This document shows positions 46,947 to 55,448 of a stretch of 64,000 nucleotides of DNA, in pieces. The notes beneath the pieces were generated by a model that saw nothing but the letters and a program-made list of their open reading frames with translations, had not been told where the DNA came from and made no database searches. A program made the translations under genes and the position numbers. The stretch is from a phage, in the sequence record PV730300.1; one strand, written 5' to 3'. The stretch's first letter is position 1. Each line of letters begins with the position of its first letter.

Positions 46947-46978
46947 ATTTTGCCTCCTTTTTAAGTTAACGAATTTCT

Positions 46979-47007
46979 AGTATAACACGATAGAGGCTTT
47001 ATTGCAA
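46979..47007 (-). promoter_or_regulatory. Sigma70-like promoter candidate (TTGCAA-N17-TATACT) for the hydrolase gene
   Basis: On minus strand: -35 TTGCAA (47002-47007), 17-nt spacer, -10 TATACT (46979-46984); GC hairpin at about 47008-47028 upstream. Confidence 0.4.
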
Positions 47008-47046
47008 GAGGGGGGATTTCTCCCCCTCAAAATCATTTGTTAATTA

Positions 47047-47649
47047 TTATGGACATTCATACCATTCTTTTTTACCACCGAAGGCCATCACCACATCACA
47101 AATATCCAGACCAGCTTTACCTACACCATATGCTTTCAGCTTCCATTCCCCATCTTCACGAACCAAGGAAGCCACGTGGCAGATTGTGTTGCCAGCTACT
47201 TCAGGAGCCAGGAAGTCAAAATCCAGAATTTCCACATTGCGCTCGGAGTCGAAGATTTTAAGCATACCTTCAGAAGCATGACCAAAACGTTTCAGACCTG
47301 TATCATCATCAATGGTCAGGACAAAGGCAATCTCTTGTGCATCAGGAGAGATTTTAGCCAGAGTAATATCAATCTGCTCCATGCTGCCAGTTCCATCACG
47401 AACATCGTCACCAGCGAAGGTAGAACGTTCAGGATCAAACTTGTTAGCATAGCAAACCAGGTGACGTGCAGACAGCATTTCAGGATTGCCAGCGGCATTG
47501 TGACGACAAACCAGTGCACTTACATCCAGATCCAGTTTAGAATCAGATTTCCAAGAGAATTCCAGGCGCAGTTCTTTCAGAGCCGGAGCAACTTTCTTCA
47601 GGGAAATTTTTTCGCTAGAGCCTTTTTTCAGGGAAATTTTATCAGTCAT
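47047..47649 (-). CDS. TerD-family protein (tellurite resistance / stress response domain)
   Basis: ISLKKGSSEKISLKK N-terminus, AGDDVRDGTGSMEQ, EIAFVLTIDDDT and REDGEWKLKAYGVGKAGL align block by block with the Klebsiella TerD sequence as I recall it. Confidence 0.8.
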   Translation of the reverse strand: MTDKISLKKGSSEKISLKKVAPALKELRLEFSWKSDSKLDLDVSALVCRHNAAGNPEMLSARHLVCYANKFDPERSTFAGDDVRDGTGSMEQIDITLAKISPDAQEIAFVLTIDDDTGLKRFGHASEGMLKIFDSERNVEILDFDFLAPEVAGNTICHVASLVREDGEWKLKAYGVGKAGLDICDVVMAFGGKKEWYECP

Positions 47650-47664
47650 CTTTTGTCTCCTCTA

Positions 47665-47934
47665 TTATTTAAGTGTAATACCAGTTACAGTCAATTCTAC
47701 TTCCAAAAGCTTAGATGTGTTTTGGATTGATACTAATTGTGCATGATGGTTTAGTTCTACAGCAGAACAATCATTTTCCCCATCATCTACTTTTAAATAA
47801 ACAATGATTTCACTAAGGTCTAAACCATTTTCGTCAAATGCATTTTCATAGACGAAAGTATCTCCTACATCCAAATCTTTAATGGTAAGGCATCGTTTAT
47901 TTACTTTTTGCTCATCAATTTCGAAGTTTAACAC
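47665..47934 (-). CDS. Small protein, paralog of 48956..49300
   Basis: Shared blocks DLDVGDTFVY...GLD...VELTVTGITLK versus DLDVGATFMY...GLD...VDLEVTNITLKK. Confidence 0.4.
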   Translation of the reverse strand: MLNFEIDEQKVNKRCLTIKDLDVGDTFVYENAFDENGLDLSEIIVYLKVDDGENDCSAVELNHHAQLVSIQNTSKLLEVELTVTGITLK

Positions 47935-48163
47935 TTCTTCCTCCTAATGTTATCTCCGGTTTGTATATACGAAGAATTATAGCATTTTCATTTTCTTTGT
48001 CAACCCATTCTTCATAATCGGGCCATACATGAATCTCTACTCTACTTACAATATCTTCCATTCGCACAGTCCCAATGAAATACTCTTTGAGACTGCGTAT
48101 AATGAAAGCTTCTCTCTCGCGCCAATAATTTTCTATGACTTGAGAGGCAAGCTCGTCGATCAT
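47915..48163 (-). CDS. Hypothetical protein
   Basis: 82 aa ORF overlapping stop/start with neighbours. Confidence 0.35.
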   Translation of the reverse strand: MIDELASQVIENYWREREAFIIRSLKEYFIGTVRMEDIVSRVEIHVWPDYEEWVDKENENAIILRIYKPEITLGGRSVKLRN

Positions 48164-48954
48164 TTTTTAGCACCTACTTTAACAACCCACTCTCCGAACT
48201 CTTCAGATAAGAGTTTGTCATAAAGCTCTGAATCTGTCAAGTCTAAATCTTTAATGCCAATAAAACCAACATTATCATAAGCATTTGCCAGTTCTTTCAG
48301 GAAGCCAAACTTCTCATTACCAACGCCAACCATGAACCAATAGATAGGCTTATTCTTATTTTCTTCAATAAGACGACGAACAGCACTAGGATCACCATTC
48401 TCACCATCCGTCTGGAAGAATACAACACCAGGGGTAACGTCAGCACCTGGTTCAGATACAGCTACAACTTTTTCACGCTCTACAGACACTGTTTCAGTTT
48501 TACCAAGCAGACGATTAAAGAAGCCTTTCTTTGGAGCCTCCTCTTGTACCACTTGTTTAGTGGTAATATATTTAGTAACAGTGCCAAAATACTCATCGTA
48601 GATATCCGCCATTACAGGGGCGTAATTTGTTCCACCTCCGATACGAACATTACGCATACATTTACCAACATAGTCATCGTAAACATCTGCTGTTGCTGGA
48701 GTAAGCTCTTGGGAACTCGTATTGAAGGCCCACATATCAATTTGTTGATTATCGTCGAACAGCATACCAAAAGGAAGCAGTTTACCTACAAAATCACTCA
48801 CTACCCCACTAGAATATAGACCATGCATACTACCAGAAATATCTAGAGCACATGCTACACGAAGAACAATCTTACCTTCATTCAGGTTCTTATTCTTTTT
48901 CAGAGAGAAAGCAAGGTTTTCTTGACGTTTTTTCAGGCTGATTTTCTCGGACAT
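48160..48954 (-). CDS. von Willebrand factor A domain protein (TerF/TerY-like)
   Basis: MIDAS motif DISGSM plus GGGTNY; N-terminus KISLKK...FSLKK echoes the TerD N-terminal strand. Confidence 0.65.
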   Translation of the reverse strand: MSEKISLKKRQENLAFSLKKNKNLNEGKIVLRVACALDISGSMHGLYSSGVVSDFVGKLLPFGMLFDDNQQIDMWAFNTSSQELTPATADVYDDYVGKCMRNVRIGGGTNYAPVMADIYDEYFGTVTKYITTKQVVQEEAPKKGFFNRLLGKTETVSVEREKVVAVSEPGADVTPGVVFFQTDGENGDPSAVRRLIEENKNKPIYWFMVGVGNEKFGFLKELANAYDNVGFIGIKDLDLTDSELYDKLLSEEFGEWVVKVGAKK

Positions 48955-48955
48955 A

Positions 48956-49300
48956 TTATTTCTCCTTCTTAAGTGTAATATTGGTAACTTCTAAATCTAC
49001 TTCCACCATATTTGTATCTGGTGGGATGCAATGAGTATAGCCTCGTTGTGCTAGTGATCCATTAATACAAATCGCACTGTTTGTGGAATTTTTAATGAAC
49101 ACCAAGTTACGGTAGGTATCCAACCCTGCGTCTTCATAGGCATCATAATACATGAATGTGGCCCCTACGTCAAGATCTTCGAAAGCAATAGGTAAATCCT
49201 GACACTTTTCTTCTTGAATATTGAATCTAAACACGCATACCTCCTCTACCAATTTTGAAGCCCAAATCGTAAGCTTCCTTAGTGATCTTTTGTAACTCAC
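48956..49300 (-). CDS. Small protein, paralog of 47665..47934 (start uncertain)
   Basis: See paralog; listed start overlaps upstream gene, true start may be near 49234. Confidence 0.4.
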   Translation of the reverse strand: MSYKRSLRKLTIWASKLVEEVCVFRFNIQEEKCQDLPIAFEDLDVGATFMYYDAYEDAGLDTYRNLVFIKNSTNSAICINGSLAQRGYTHCIPPDTNMVEVDLEVTNITLKKEK

Positions 49301-49790
49301 TTATAGGAAGTGTTACAAGAGGATCATCTTCTTCAATTTCCATCTTGTCATCTTCTGTTTCAATGAGAGTATTATGCACTTTGTGATAAGGGTTGTCAAC
49401 ACGTTTAAACTTATTCTTTTCTGTGCTGAAAAAACAATCTGGATCTTCTTCACCATCACCCCAACCTTGATTAGGATCTCCGTCAGATTGTTCTGTAGGG
49501 ATTTCACCTGTAAAGTACTCTTCCAGCACCATAGCGATACCGTCCCTTGGATTTGAGGAATGCATTAAATCACAAACCTTACCCCAATCCATAGCCCATT
49601 CGAACCGTTCACGAACGCCATTTTCATCCTCCTTTCCAGAGAAAACACAACCATAACTATCATAGTTGCCATACATCTCTTCAATAACAGCACCGTCCTT
49701 CAAAAGAAAGAGATAACAAGGTGATCCGTCGAAAGAAGTAGAAAGGGCAGCTTTGCCCGATTCCTTACACAAAAAACTAAAACAACCCAT
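49227..49790 (-). CDS. Hypothetical acidic protein
   Basis: 187 aa ORF, Asp/Glu-rich C-terminal half. Confidence 0.4.
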   Translation of the reverse strand: MGCFSFLCKESGKAALSTSFDGSPCYLFLLKDGAVIEEMYGNYDSYGCVFSGKEDENGVRERFEWAMDWGKVCDLMHSSNPRDGIAMVLEEYFTGEIPTEQSDGDPNQGWGDGEEDPDCFFSTEKNKFKRVDNPYHKVHNTLIETEDDKMEIEEDDPLVTLPISELQKITKEAYDLGFKIGRGGMRV

Positions 49791-49993
49791 TACAAACCCT
49801 CCTTCAGATTATCAAGAGCTACAGTGGTTTCACAAAAGTCTCCATACGTTTTATGATGTTCCAGAAAAGCTTCGGGTCCACCCCAATCATTGTCTTGTGT
49901 ATTCCAGCCATCAATAAAAGCATCTTCAATGATTGTGATCAGTTCTTGTCGGGTTAACTGGATAATATTAGGGTCGTTATCGTAGTTAAACAT
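49790..49993 (-). CDS. Hypothetical small protein
   Basis: 67 aa ORF, start overlaps upstream stop. Confidence 0.3.
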   Translation of the reverse strand: MFNYDNDPNIIQLTRQELITIIEDAFIDGWNTQDNDWGGPEAFLEHHKTYGDFCETTVALDNLKEGL

Positions 49994-50158
49994 CCTCTTC
50001 CTCCTCTAAAATATGGAACCCGTAATTACAATAGTCCTGAAAGGTTTCGTGCGCAAGATCTTCTATATCCTCTTGAGACATATCATCTTCAATTTCGATA
50101 TCCACAACCTCATTGCATCCACACCAAGCAGTTTCAATACTCACTCGTAATATTTTCA

Positions 50159-50353
50159 TTACTCCTCCTCATTGAAGTCAATATCTGCAAGGAGTTGGAA
50201 TTTACGGAAGTTACGACAACCTTCATAAATATAACAATCACGACAAACTGCTAGAACACTTGGGGGATATATGCCTCCCATCGGTGCGAATCGTTTTTCG
50301 TCATCATAACGGACACCAATGTCTTCATCAATTATATAGATACGGATTCTCAT
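50159..50353 (-). CDS. Hypothetical small Cys-containing protein
   Basis: 64 aa ORF (CRDCYIYEGC). Confidence 0.3.
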   Translation of the reverse strand: MRIRIYIIDEDIGVRYDDEKRFAPMGGIYPPSVLAVCRDCYIYEGCRNFRKFQLLADIDFNEEE

Positions 50354-51462
50354 TTACCAAGCCCTCGTTTCACAGCAGCTACCATCCCGTCTTCCAGAGA
50401 TTGAACTTCATTAATATAATCAACACGAGCAGCACGGGCTTCCGTATTGATGCGGTTAGTTTCTTCCAACATCTTAACCAAGTTTTCCTGATCGTGACGC
50501 AGAGTTTCAATATCCAACACTTGACGGTTAGCCAGTGCTGCTGCTTCGATTTGATTCTGTGTGGCAAGATCGCTACCCAGTTTAATTGCCAGGTTAAATT
50601 CATCAAGAACGTTATTCTGCGTCTCTGCTGCTTTCATTTGACGTAAGCTTTCGATATACATTGAGAAGTTAGCAGAGTAAGCAGGAATAACATTATTTAC
50701 TATGTTACGCGCAGATCGCATTAAGCTTGCAGAAACTTTTTGCATACCTTGTACACGCGGTCCCATTTGGACACACAGTAGGCGCAATGCTTTTAAATCT
50801 GCAATACGAATCTCCAGAAGATCCAAAGTATCTCGGATCACTTGTCGCTGTTCTACTGCATCTTCTGGAAGAGCAGCCAAAACTTGTTCTTCTTTTTCAT
50901 AGGTTGCTGTTAGAAGCTGCATATCTCGGTTCAAACTTGCAGCATATTGTCCAATAGCTTGATGTAGCTTTTCAAGATATACCAAGGAATCTTCTTCTTT
51001 GCGAATATCCATTTGAAGGTTCTTTACCAACTCTTCAATACGGTTATTAACATTATCAAACTCCCCGAACAGGTCTTCTTTCATACCCATAACTTTTTTA
51101 ATGAGTTTAGTAATACCTTTGCTTTGTTTAATAGAGTTTGGATCAAGTTGTTTTGCCTGTTTAATCAAAGCTGTGAGTCGTTCACTCATCTGATCGCCTT
51201 GATTACTACGTTGATGTTTTAATACCTCGGCATTCAAGGAACGCAAGGTTGTTCCTGCCTCTGCCCCAATCTCTTCGATCTCTTGTCGGGTCATAGAAGG
51301 CAAAACTGGAACTTCTTGCGGTGCTGCTGGTGCGTAAACAGGACTGGCATCTAACACGCTTGGAGCGAATACAGATTTACTTGCATCTGTTGTTGCAGCG
51401 AATACACTCATTTCAGACTTCTTCTGACCACCAGTAGCTGCTTTTAAAAATGGACTTGTCAT
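50350..51462 (-). CDS. TelA-like toxic-anion-resistance family protein
   Basis: 370 aa, predominantly helical with long heptad-like segments; size and composition fit the TelA/KlaA/YceH family; clustered with TerD, vWA and TerC genes. Confidence 0.45.
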   Translation of the reverse strand: MTSPFLKAATGGQKKSEMSVFAATTDASKSVFAPSVLDASPVYAPAAPQEVPVLPSMTRQEIEEIGAEAGTTLRSLNAEVLKHQRSNQGDQMSERLTALIKQAKQLDPNSIKQSKGITKLIKKVMGMKEDLFGEFDNVNNRIEELVKNLQMDIRKEEDSLVYLEKLHQAIGQYAASLNRDMQLLTATYEKEEQVLAALPEDAVEQRQVIRDTLDLLEIRIADLKALRLLCVQMGPRVQGMQKVSASLMRSARNIVNNVIPAYSANFSMYIESLRQMKAAETQNNVLDEFNLAIKLGSDLATQNQIEAAALANRQVLDIETLRHDQENLVKMLEETNRINTEARAARVDYINEVQSLEDGMVAAVKRGLGK

Positions 51463-52049
51463 TCTTCATTCTCCTCTTCTGCATCTCTTATATATGGTGA
51501 AACACCGTACTCTTTAGCTACTTTAACCCAATCATCCCATTTATACAACCATAATTTTCCTTCAGTTCCTTCTTTATCTGATTTCAACCACATATTAGGT
51601 TGCTTGCCTGGATACATGCGATTAGGTTTACGATTATAACCTCTGACACATCTTGTCGCAAACCTATCTACCAGAACAAGAACATACTTATATTCGTGGT
51701 TCAACGGTTCTTTGGAAGTGGCTTTAGGATTAGCCCCTAATTCTGCTGCCAGTTTTTGCCAATGAGCACCGTGTCTACTAAATTTACCCATACAACCATC
51801 AATAGCATGAGCAATTTCGTGCTTCATTGTATCCACGATCATATCTCTTGTAGAGTTCTTATGCAAGTGCCAATTTACAACAACAATTTTATCTCGGTAG
51901 TTGCACCAACCGAAAGAGTTATTCACTTTGTTTCTAACACAAGCTTTATATCCTGCTTCACGTAACATGTTGTAGTAAACAGGAAAATCTTCTTTTATTT
52001 CCTGCATCACTTCCCACCACAAGAGTTGCAAGTCTCTCTCGGTATGCAT
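51459..52049 (-). CDS. SprT-like zinc metalloprotease domain protein
   Basis: HEIAHAIDG (HExxH) followed by His/Cys-rich segment GCMGKFSRHGAHW; stop overlaps TelA-like start. Confidence 0.5.
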   Translation of the reverse strand: MHTERDLQLLWWEVMQEIKEDFPVYYNMLREAGYKACVRNKVNNSFGWCNYRDKIVVVNWHLHKNSTRDMIVDTMKHEIAHAIDGCMGKFSRHGAHWQKLAAELGANPKATSKEPLNHEYKYVLVLVDRFATRCVRGYNRKPNRMYPGKQPNMWLKSDKEGTEGKLWLYKWDDWVKVAKEYGVSPYIRDAEEENEE

Positions 52050-52052
52050 AAC

Positions 52053-52646
52053 TTACACCTTAAAAGCGAAATACGTGGTCGTGGCTTCAAAATCAGGGCC
52101 AGATAAACTTGCACTGAAATCTGAAATATTTGTAATTAAAAAGCTTTTATGCATACCTAACACAGCCACGCTTTCAATATCTTCTACTAACATTTCAATC
52201 ATGTTAGAAACATGGCTGAACGTAGAGTTTTGTTTTTTGATGGTGTAGAAAGAAAGATTCCCACCTGCTGTATAAGATACCTCTTCAAAATCTTTAATCG
52301 TATATTGTGTGCCATCAGTAAAGAAAATGGTAGCTTTATTAGTAGCACGTTTCTTGTTTTTTGGTCCTTTTTTACGTTTACTGCGAGTAGGCAAACCGTT
52401 TGGAAATACCGTAGCTACAAATTCTTCAGGAGAAACCTCCTTACCGAAATCATAACCGTAAGAAACAGCGTCTATAAACTCGTCGTCTTCATTTTTAAAA
52501 TAATGAAAATAGGGCCAATTTGAGAGATTATCGAGCATCTTATGCTCATCCACAGCAGAGAACGTATCCCTCAAAGCACGTGTGATTTGTAAAGCATTAG
52601 GCAAACTTTTAACACCTGTAATGGAAGTACGAATAGAAATTGTCAT
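52053..52646 (-). CDS. Hypothetical protein
   Basis: 197 aa ORF with SD. Confidence 0.4.
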   Translation of the reverse strand: MTISIRTSITGVKSLPNALQITRALRDTFSAVDEHKMLDNLSNWPYFHYFKNEDDEFIDAVSYGYDFGKEVSPEEFVATVFPNGLPTRSKRKKGPKNKKRATNKATIFFTDGTQYTIKDFEEVSYTAGGNLSFYTIKKQNSTFSHVSNMIEMLVEDIESVAVLGMHKSFLITNISDFSASLSGPDFEATTTYFAFKV

Positions 52647-52660
52647 TGTTTTTCTCCTTA

Positions 52661-53098
52661 TTAACGTCGCTTGCTACGAGATGAACTCTTTTTACTTAAA
52701 GGGCTATTGTAAGATTTACGAGTTGTATAGCTACTATTTGTTTTAAAAGTTTGTCTCGGCTTTTCATAAGTTTTTATCTCTTGCTTAGGCTTACCATAAA
52801 AATTAGTTTTCGGTTTAGGTGTATTATAATGCTTATTAATAATCGTTCTGTTATCGTTATAATCCCCACTGTTACGATTACCACCACCACTCATCATATG
52901 CCCTAACAACATACCTGTAGCAAACTCACCAACACCGCTACTACTAGAACCGCCACCATTGTTGATAATAGTTGTATCTCCGTCAGATCCTTGTTGAGCG
53001 TATTGTTGAGGAGGTTGTTGGTATTGTGCAGGATTTGTTTCATCCTCGCAAGCTGTTAAAAAGATACAACCAATTAAAATCAGTGCTAGTTTTTTCAT
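52661..53098 (-). CDS. Lipoprotein (signal peptidase II lipobox), Gly/Ser-rich with basic C-terminus
   Basis: MKKLALILIGCIFLTAC with lipobox L-T-A-C; ATG at 53098 with AGGAAA SD; Gly-rich segment and Lys/Arg-rich tail. Confidence 0.5.
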   Translation of the reverse strand: MKKLALILIGCIFLTACEDETNPAQYQQPPQQYAQQGSDGDTTIINNGGGSSSSGVGEFATGMLLGHMMSGGGNRNSGDYNDNRTIINKHYNTPKPKTNFYGKPKQEIKTYEKPRQTFKTNSSYTTRKSYNSPLSKKSSSRSKRR

Positions 53099-53285
53099 AT
53101 TTGCTTTCCTCATTTTGACTATTAATACACCTGTGTTTGAAATCTCCAGAGAAGCAATAAAGTTGCTCTCCATCTCGGTATAAACTCACTTTACTGCCGT
53201 TGATTACGCTTGTCAATACAAAAATTACAACAAACAACCCTATTGCAAAACAAATATTTTCAAACACAACCAACAAGTATTTCAT
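53040..53285 (-). CDS. Small membrane protein (N-terminal TM helix)
   Basis: 81 aa; LLVVFENICFAIGLFVVIFVLTSVI; 3' end overlaps lipoprotein gene start in another frame. Confidence 0.35.
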   Translation of the reverse strand: MKYLLVVFENICFAIGLFVVIFVLTSVINGSKVSLYRDGEQLYCFSGDFKHRCINSQNEESKYEKTSTDFNWLYLFNSLRG

Positions 53286-53632
53286 TTTAAAAATACCTCA
53301 TCATCAGTTTCATTATCCCAGAAGAACAAATCCCAACCATTCGGATCATTCCATTTGGCTGCTGGAGAAGTCCATATTTGTTCGATATCAATATTCAAAA
53401 CTTCACCGTTTCGTTTTGAAACAGCTTTAGTTAATTCCCAACGAGATACAGGCTCTACTTCTCCTGAACCACTTCCACAACAAGCTACAACATTAGGAGG
53501 CAAATTAATTGGATCTTTGGTCACAATCATAACGCTTACCCCAGGGTAAACTTTTGAAAGATAATCTAAAACGTAATCCACATCACCAGATAAATCCCAA
53601 ATAAGTTCTTGAATTTCATCAAAATTATTCAT
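53282..53632 (-). CDS. Hypothetical acidic protein
   Basis: 116 aa ORF. Confidence 0.4.
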   Translation of the reverse strand: MNNFDEIQELIWDLSGDVDYVLDYLSKVYPGVSVMIVTKDPINLPPNVVACCGSGSGEVEPVSRWELTKAVSKRNGEVLNIDIEQIWTSPAAKWNDPNGWDLFFWDNETDDEVFLK

Positions 53633-53674
53633 AAGTCTCTCCTATAAAATAGCCTCCCGAAGGAGGCTCATCTA

Positions 53675-54649
53675 TTAAACAGCAGCTTCTTCTTTTTCAG
53701 GGAAGATAAAGCTTGCAATAACACCCAGAGCTAATGTGCCTAGAACAATCATCAGACTTACGTTAGGGGAAATATCATGCGGGAGGAATGACCACTTGGC
53801 ATGAAGTGTTTCACCGAACGGGTGATACATAAGTTTAGCACCAACAAACACCAGAACCACAGCAACAGCTTTCTCTAAGTGAACCAGATATTTCACAGCT
53901 ACACTCAACACAAAGAAAAGTGCACGTAAACCAAGAACAGCCATCAGCATTGCAGAATAAACTAGCAGAGGTTCTTGTGTCACACCGATCACAGCCGGAA
54001 CTGAATCAAAAGAGAAGACAATATCTGTAAGCTCAATAACAAACACACAAAGAAGAGCAGGAGTTGCATATTTAATACCATTCTTAATGGTGATGAACTT
54101 TTCACCATCCAGCGCATTGTGCACAGGCAGAACTTTACCTACTAAACGAACAGCCCAATGCTTAGAGTAATCAATATCCTCTTCTTCGTCACCACCTTTG
54201 ATGATAGCCACGGCAGACCAAGCTACAATCAAACCGAACAACACTTGGACCGACCAATGAAGGTTAAACAAAGCGGTCCCTGCTGCAACAAAAATACCTC
54301 GGAAGACAATGGCTCCTGCAATCCCCCAAAGTAAAATCTTATGTTGGAGATGTGTACTCTTAATTCCAAAGCTTGCAAAAATTGCCATGAACACCATCAG
54401 GTTATCTACAGAAAGACTCTTTTCCAACACATAGCCACTTAAGAAAAGCGCGGCAAACTCTTTACCATGTTCTACCCAAATGAATGCGTAATATCCTAAA
54501 GCTAAAGCAATCCAAAAAACAGACCAAAGCAAAGCAGATTTAATTCCAATTTCTTTATTCTCTTTATGACCAAAGAAATCGATACCAATAGACAATGCCA
54601 AAATACCAACTAAAACAACTACATCAATAATTGGGAAACCGAGTTGCAT
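53675..54649 (-). CDS. TerC-family integral membrane protein
   Basis: Multiple predicted TM helices and the TerC signature EKSLSVDNLMVF. Confidence 0.8.
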   Translation of the reverse strand: MQLGFPIIDVVVLVGILALSIGIDFFGHKENKEIGIKSALLWSVFWIALALGYYAFIWVEHGKEFAALFLSGYVLEKSLSVDNLMVFMAIFASFGIKSTHLQHKILLWGIAGAIVFRGIFVAAGTALFNLHWSVQVLFGLIVAWSAVAIIKGGDEEEDIDYSKHWAVRLVGKVLPVHNALDGEKFITIKNGIKYATPALLCVFVIELTDIVFSFDSVPAVIGVTQEPLLVYSAMLMAVLGLRALFFVLSVAVKYLVHLEKAVAVVLVFVGAKLMYHPFGETLHAKWSFLPHDISPNVSLMIVLGTLALGVIASFIFPEKEEAAV

Positions 54650-54728
54650 TCTTTTCTCCTCTCTTTGCGGGGAACTATTCCCCGCTTCATGTGATATATC
54701 TTACTCTTTTTAAGAACTGTGTCAACAC

Positions 54729-54950
54729 TTATTTTGTTGAATGAGAGGAAAAGATTCCTCGTAATACCGCCAGAATAAACGAAACACAAACCACGGTCCA
54801 GAAGGTTACTGGGACAGTGATATCTGCATGACCCATAACTTCAGCAACATAGTTGTAAGCCAGCAACAGTAACCAAGCTGGAATCAAACTAAGCATAAAA
54901 GCAATAACAAAAAAGCTTACCACTGCAACAATACCTGCAAAAACACCCAT
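54729..54950 (-). CDS. Small membrane protein (two predicted TM helices)
   Basis: 73 aa, almost entirely hydrophobic. Confidence 0.4.
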   Translation of the reverse strand: MGVFAGIVAVVSFFVIAFMLSLIPAWLLLLAYNYVAEVMGHADITVPVTFWTVVCVSFILAVLRGIFSSHSTK

Positions 54951-54962
54951 ACTAATCTCCTC

Positions 54963-55436
54963 TTAAAGTTTATAAATAGTTACATCGTGACCTGTTTTTA
55001 CTAAAGTTTCTTCAATCATCACTTGGATGATAGCCCAATTACCTCCAGCATATCCAGCGCCAATCATAGGTAAGCCGATCTTACATTTTTGGTCACGGAG
55101 AAGCAAATCATTAGCCATAGCTATTAGTGCATCGTAAAGTGCATCATAGTCCAACTGACGACCTTTAGCATTGTATCCGTAACGGTATTGCCCGTATAGA
55201 TTATATACCAAAGGGTCTGATTGTTCGTCTGGCACCCCTAAACTAAAAGAACCTAACTTACTTTGATCACCAGCCATTGTGTCTAAATCTGCCGCATATG
55301 CATAAGGGAATGCTCGTTTAATTTGCGGAGCAATTCCTGCTCCCATGTTACACATACAATTGCAACAATGAGCAATAACAGTTACTTCACCTGCTTTAGC
55401 GGCATCAATAAGATTACCTGTTTTCGTTTTAAGCAT
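54963..55436 (-). CDS. Macro domain protein (ADP-ribose binding / processing)
   Basis: VIAHCCNCMCNMGAGIAPQIKRAFP and IGLPMIGAGYAGGNW resemble the macro-domain Gly-rich ligand-binding loops. Confidence 0.5.
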   Translation of the reverse strand: MLKTKTGNLIDAAKAGEVTVIAHCCNCMCNMGAGIAPQIKRAFPYAYAADLDTMAGDQSKLGSFSLGVPDEQSDPLVYNLYGQYRYGYNAKGRQLDYDALYDALIAMANDLLLRDQKCKIGLPMIGAGYAGGNWAIIQVMIEETLVKTGHDVTIYKL

Positions 55437-55448
55437 TTTAGCTCCTTA

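Noticed and set aside
47176-47730. 184-aa plus-strand ORF overlapping TerD
   Set aside because: Antisense to a motif-rich TerD homolog on the minus strand.
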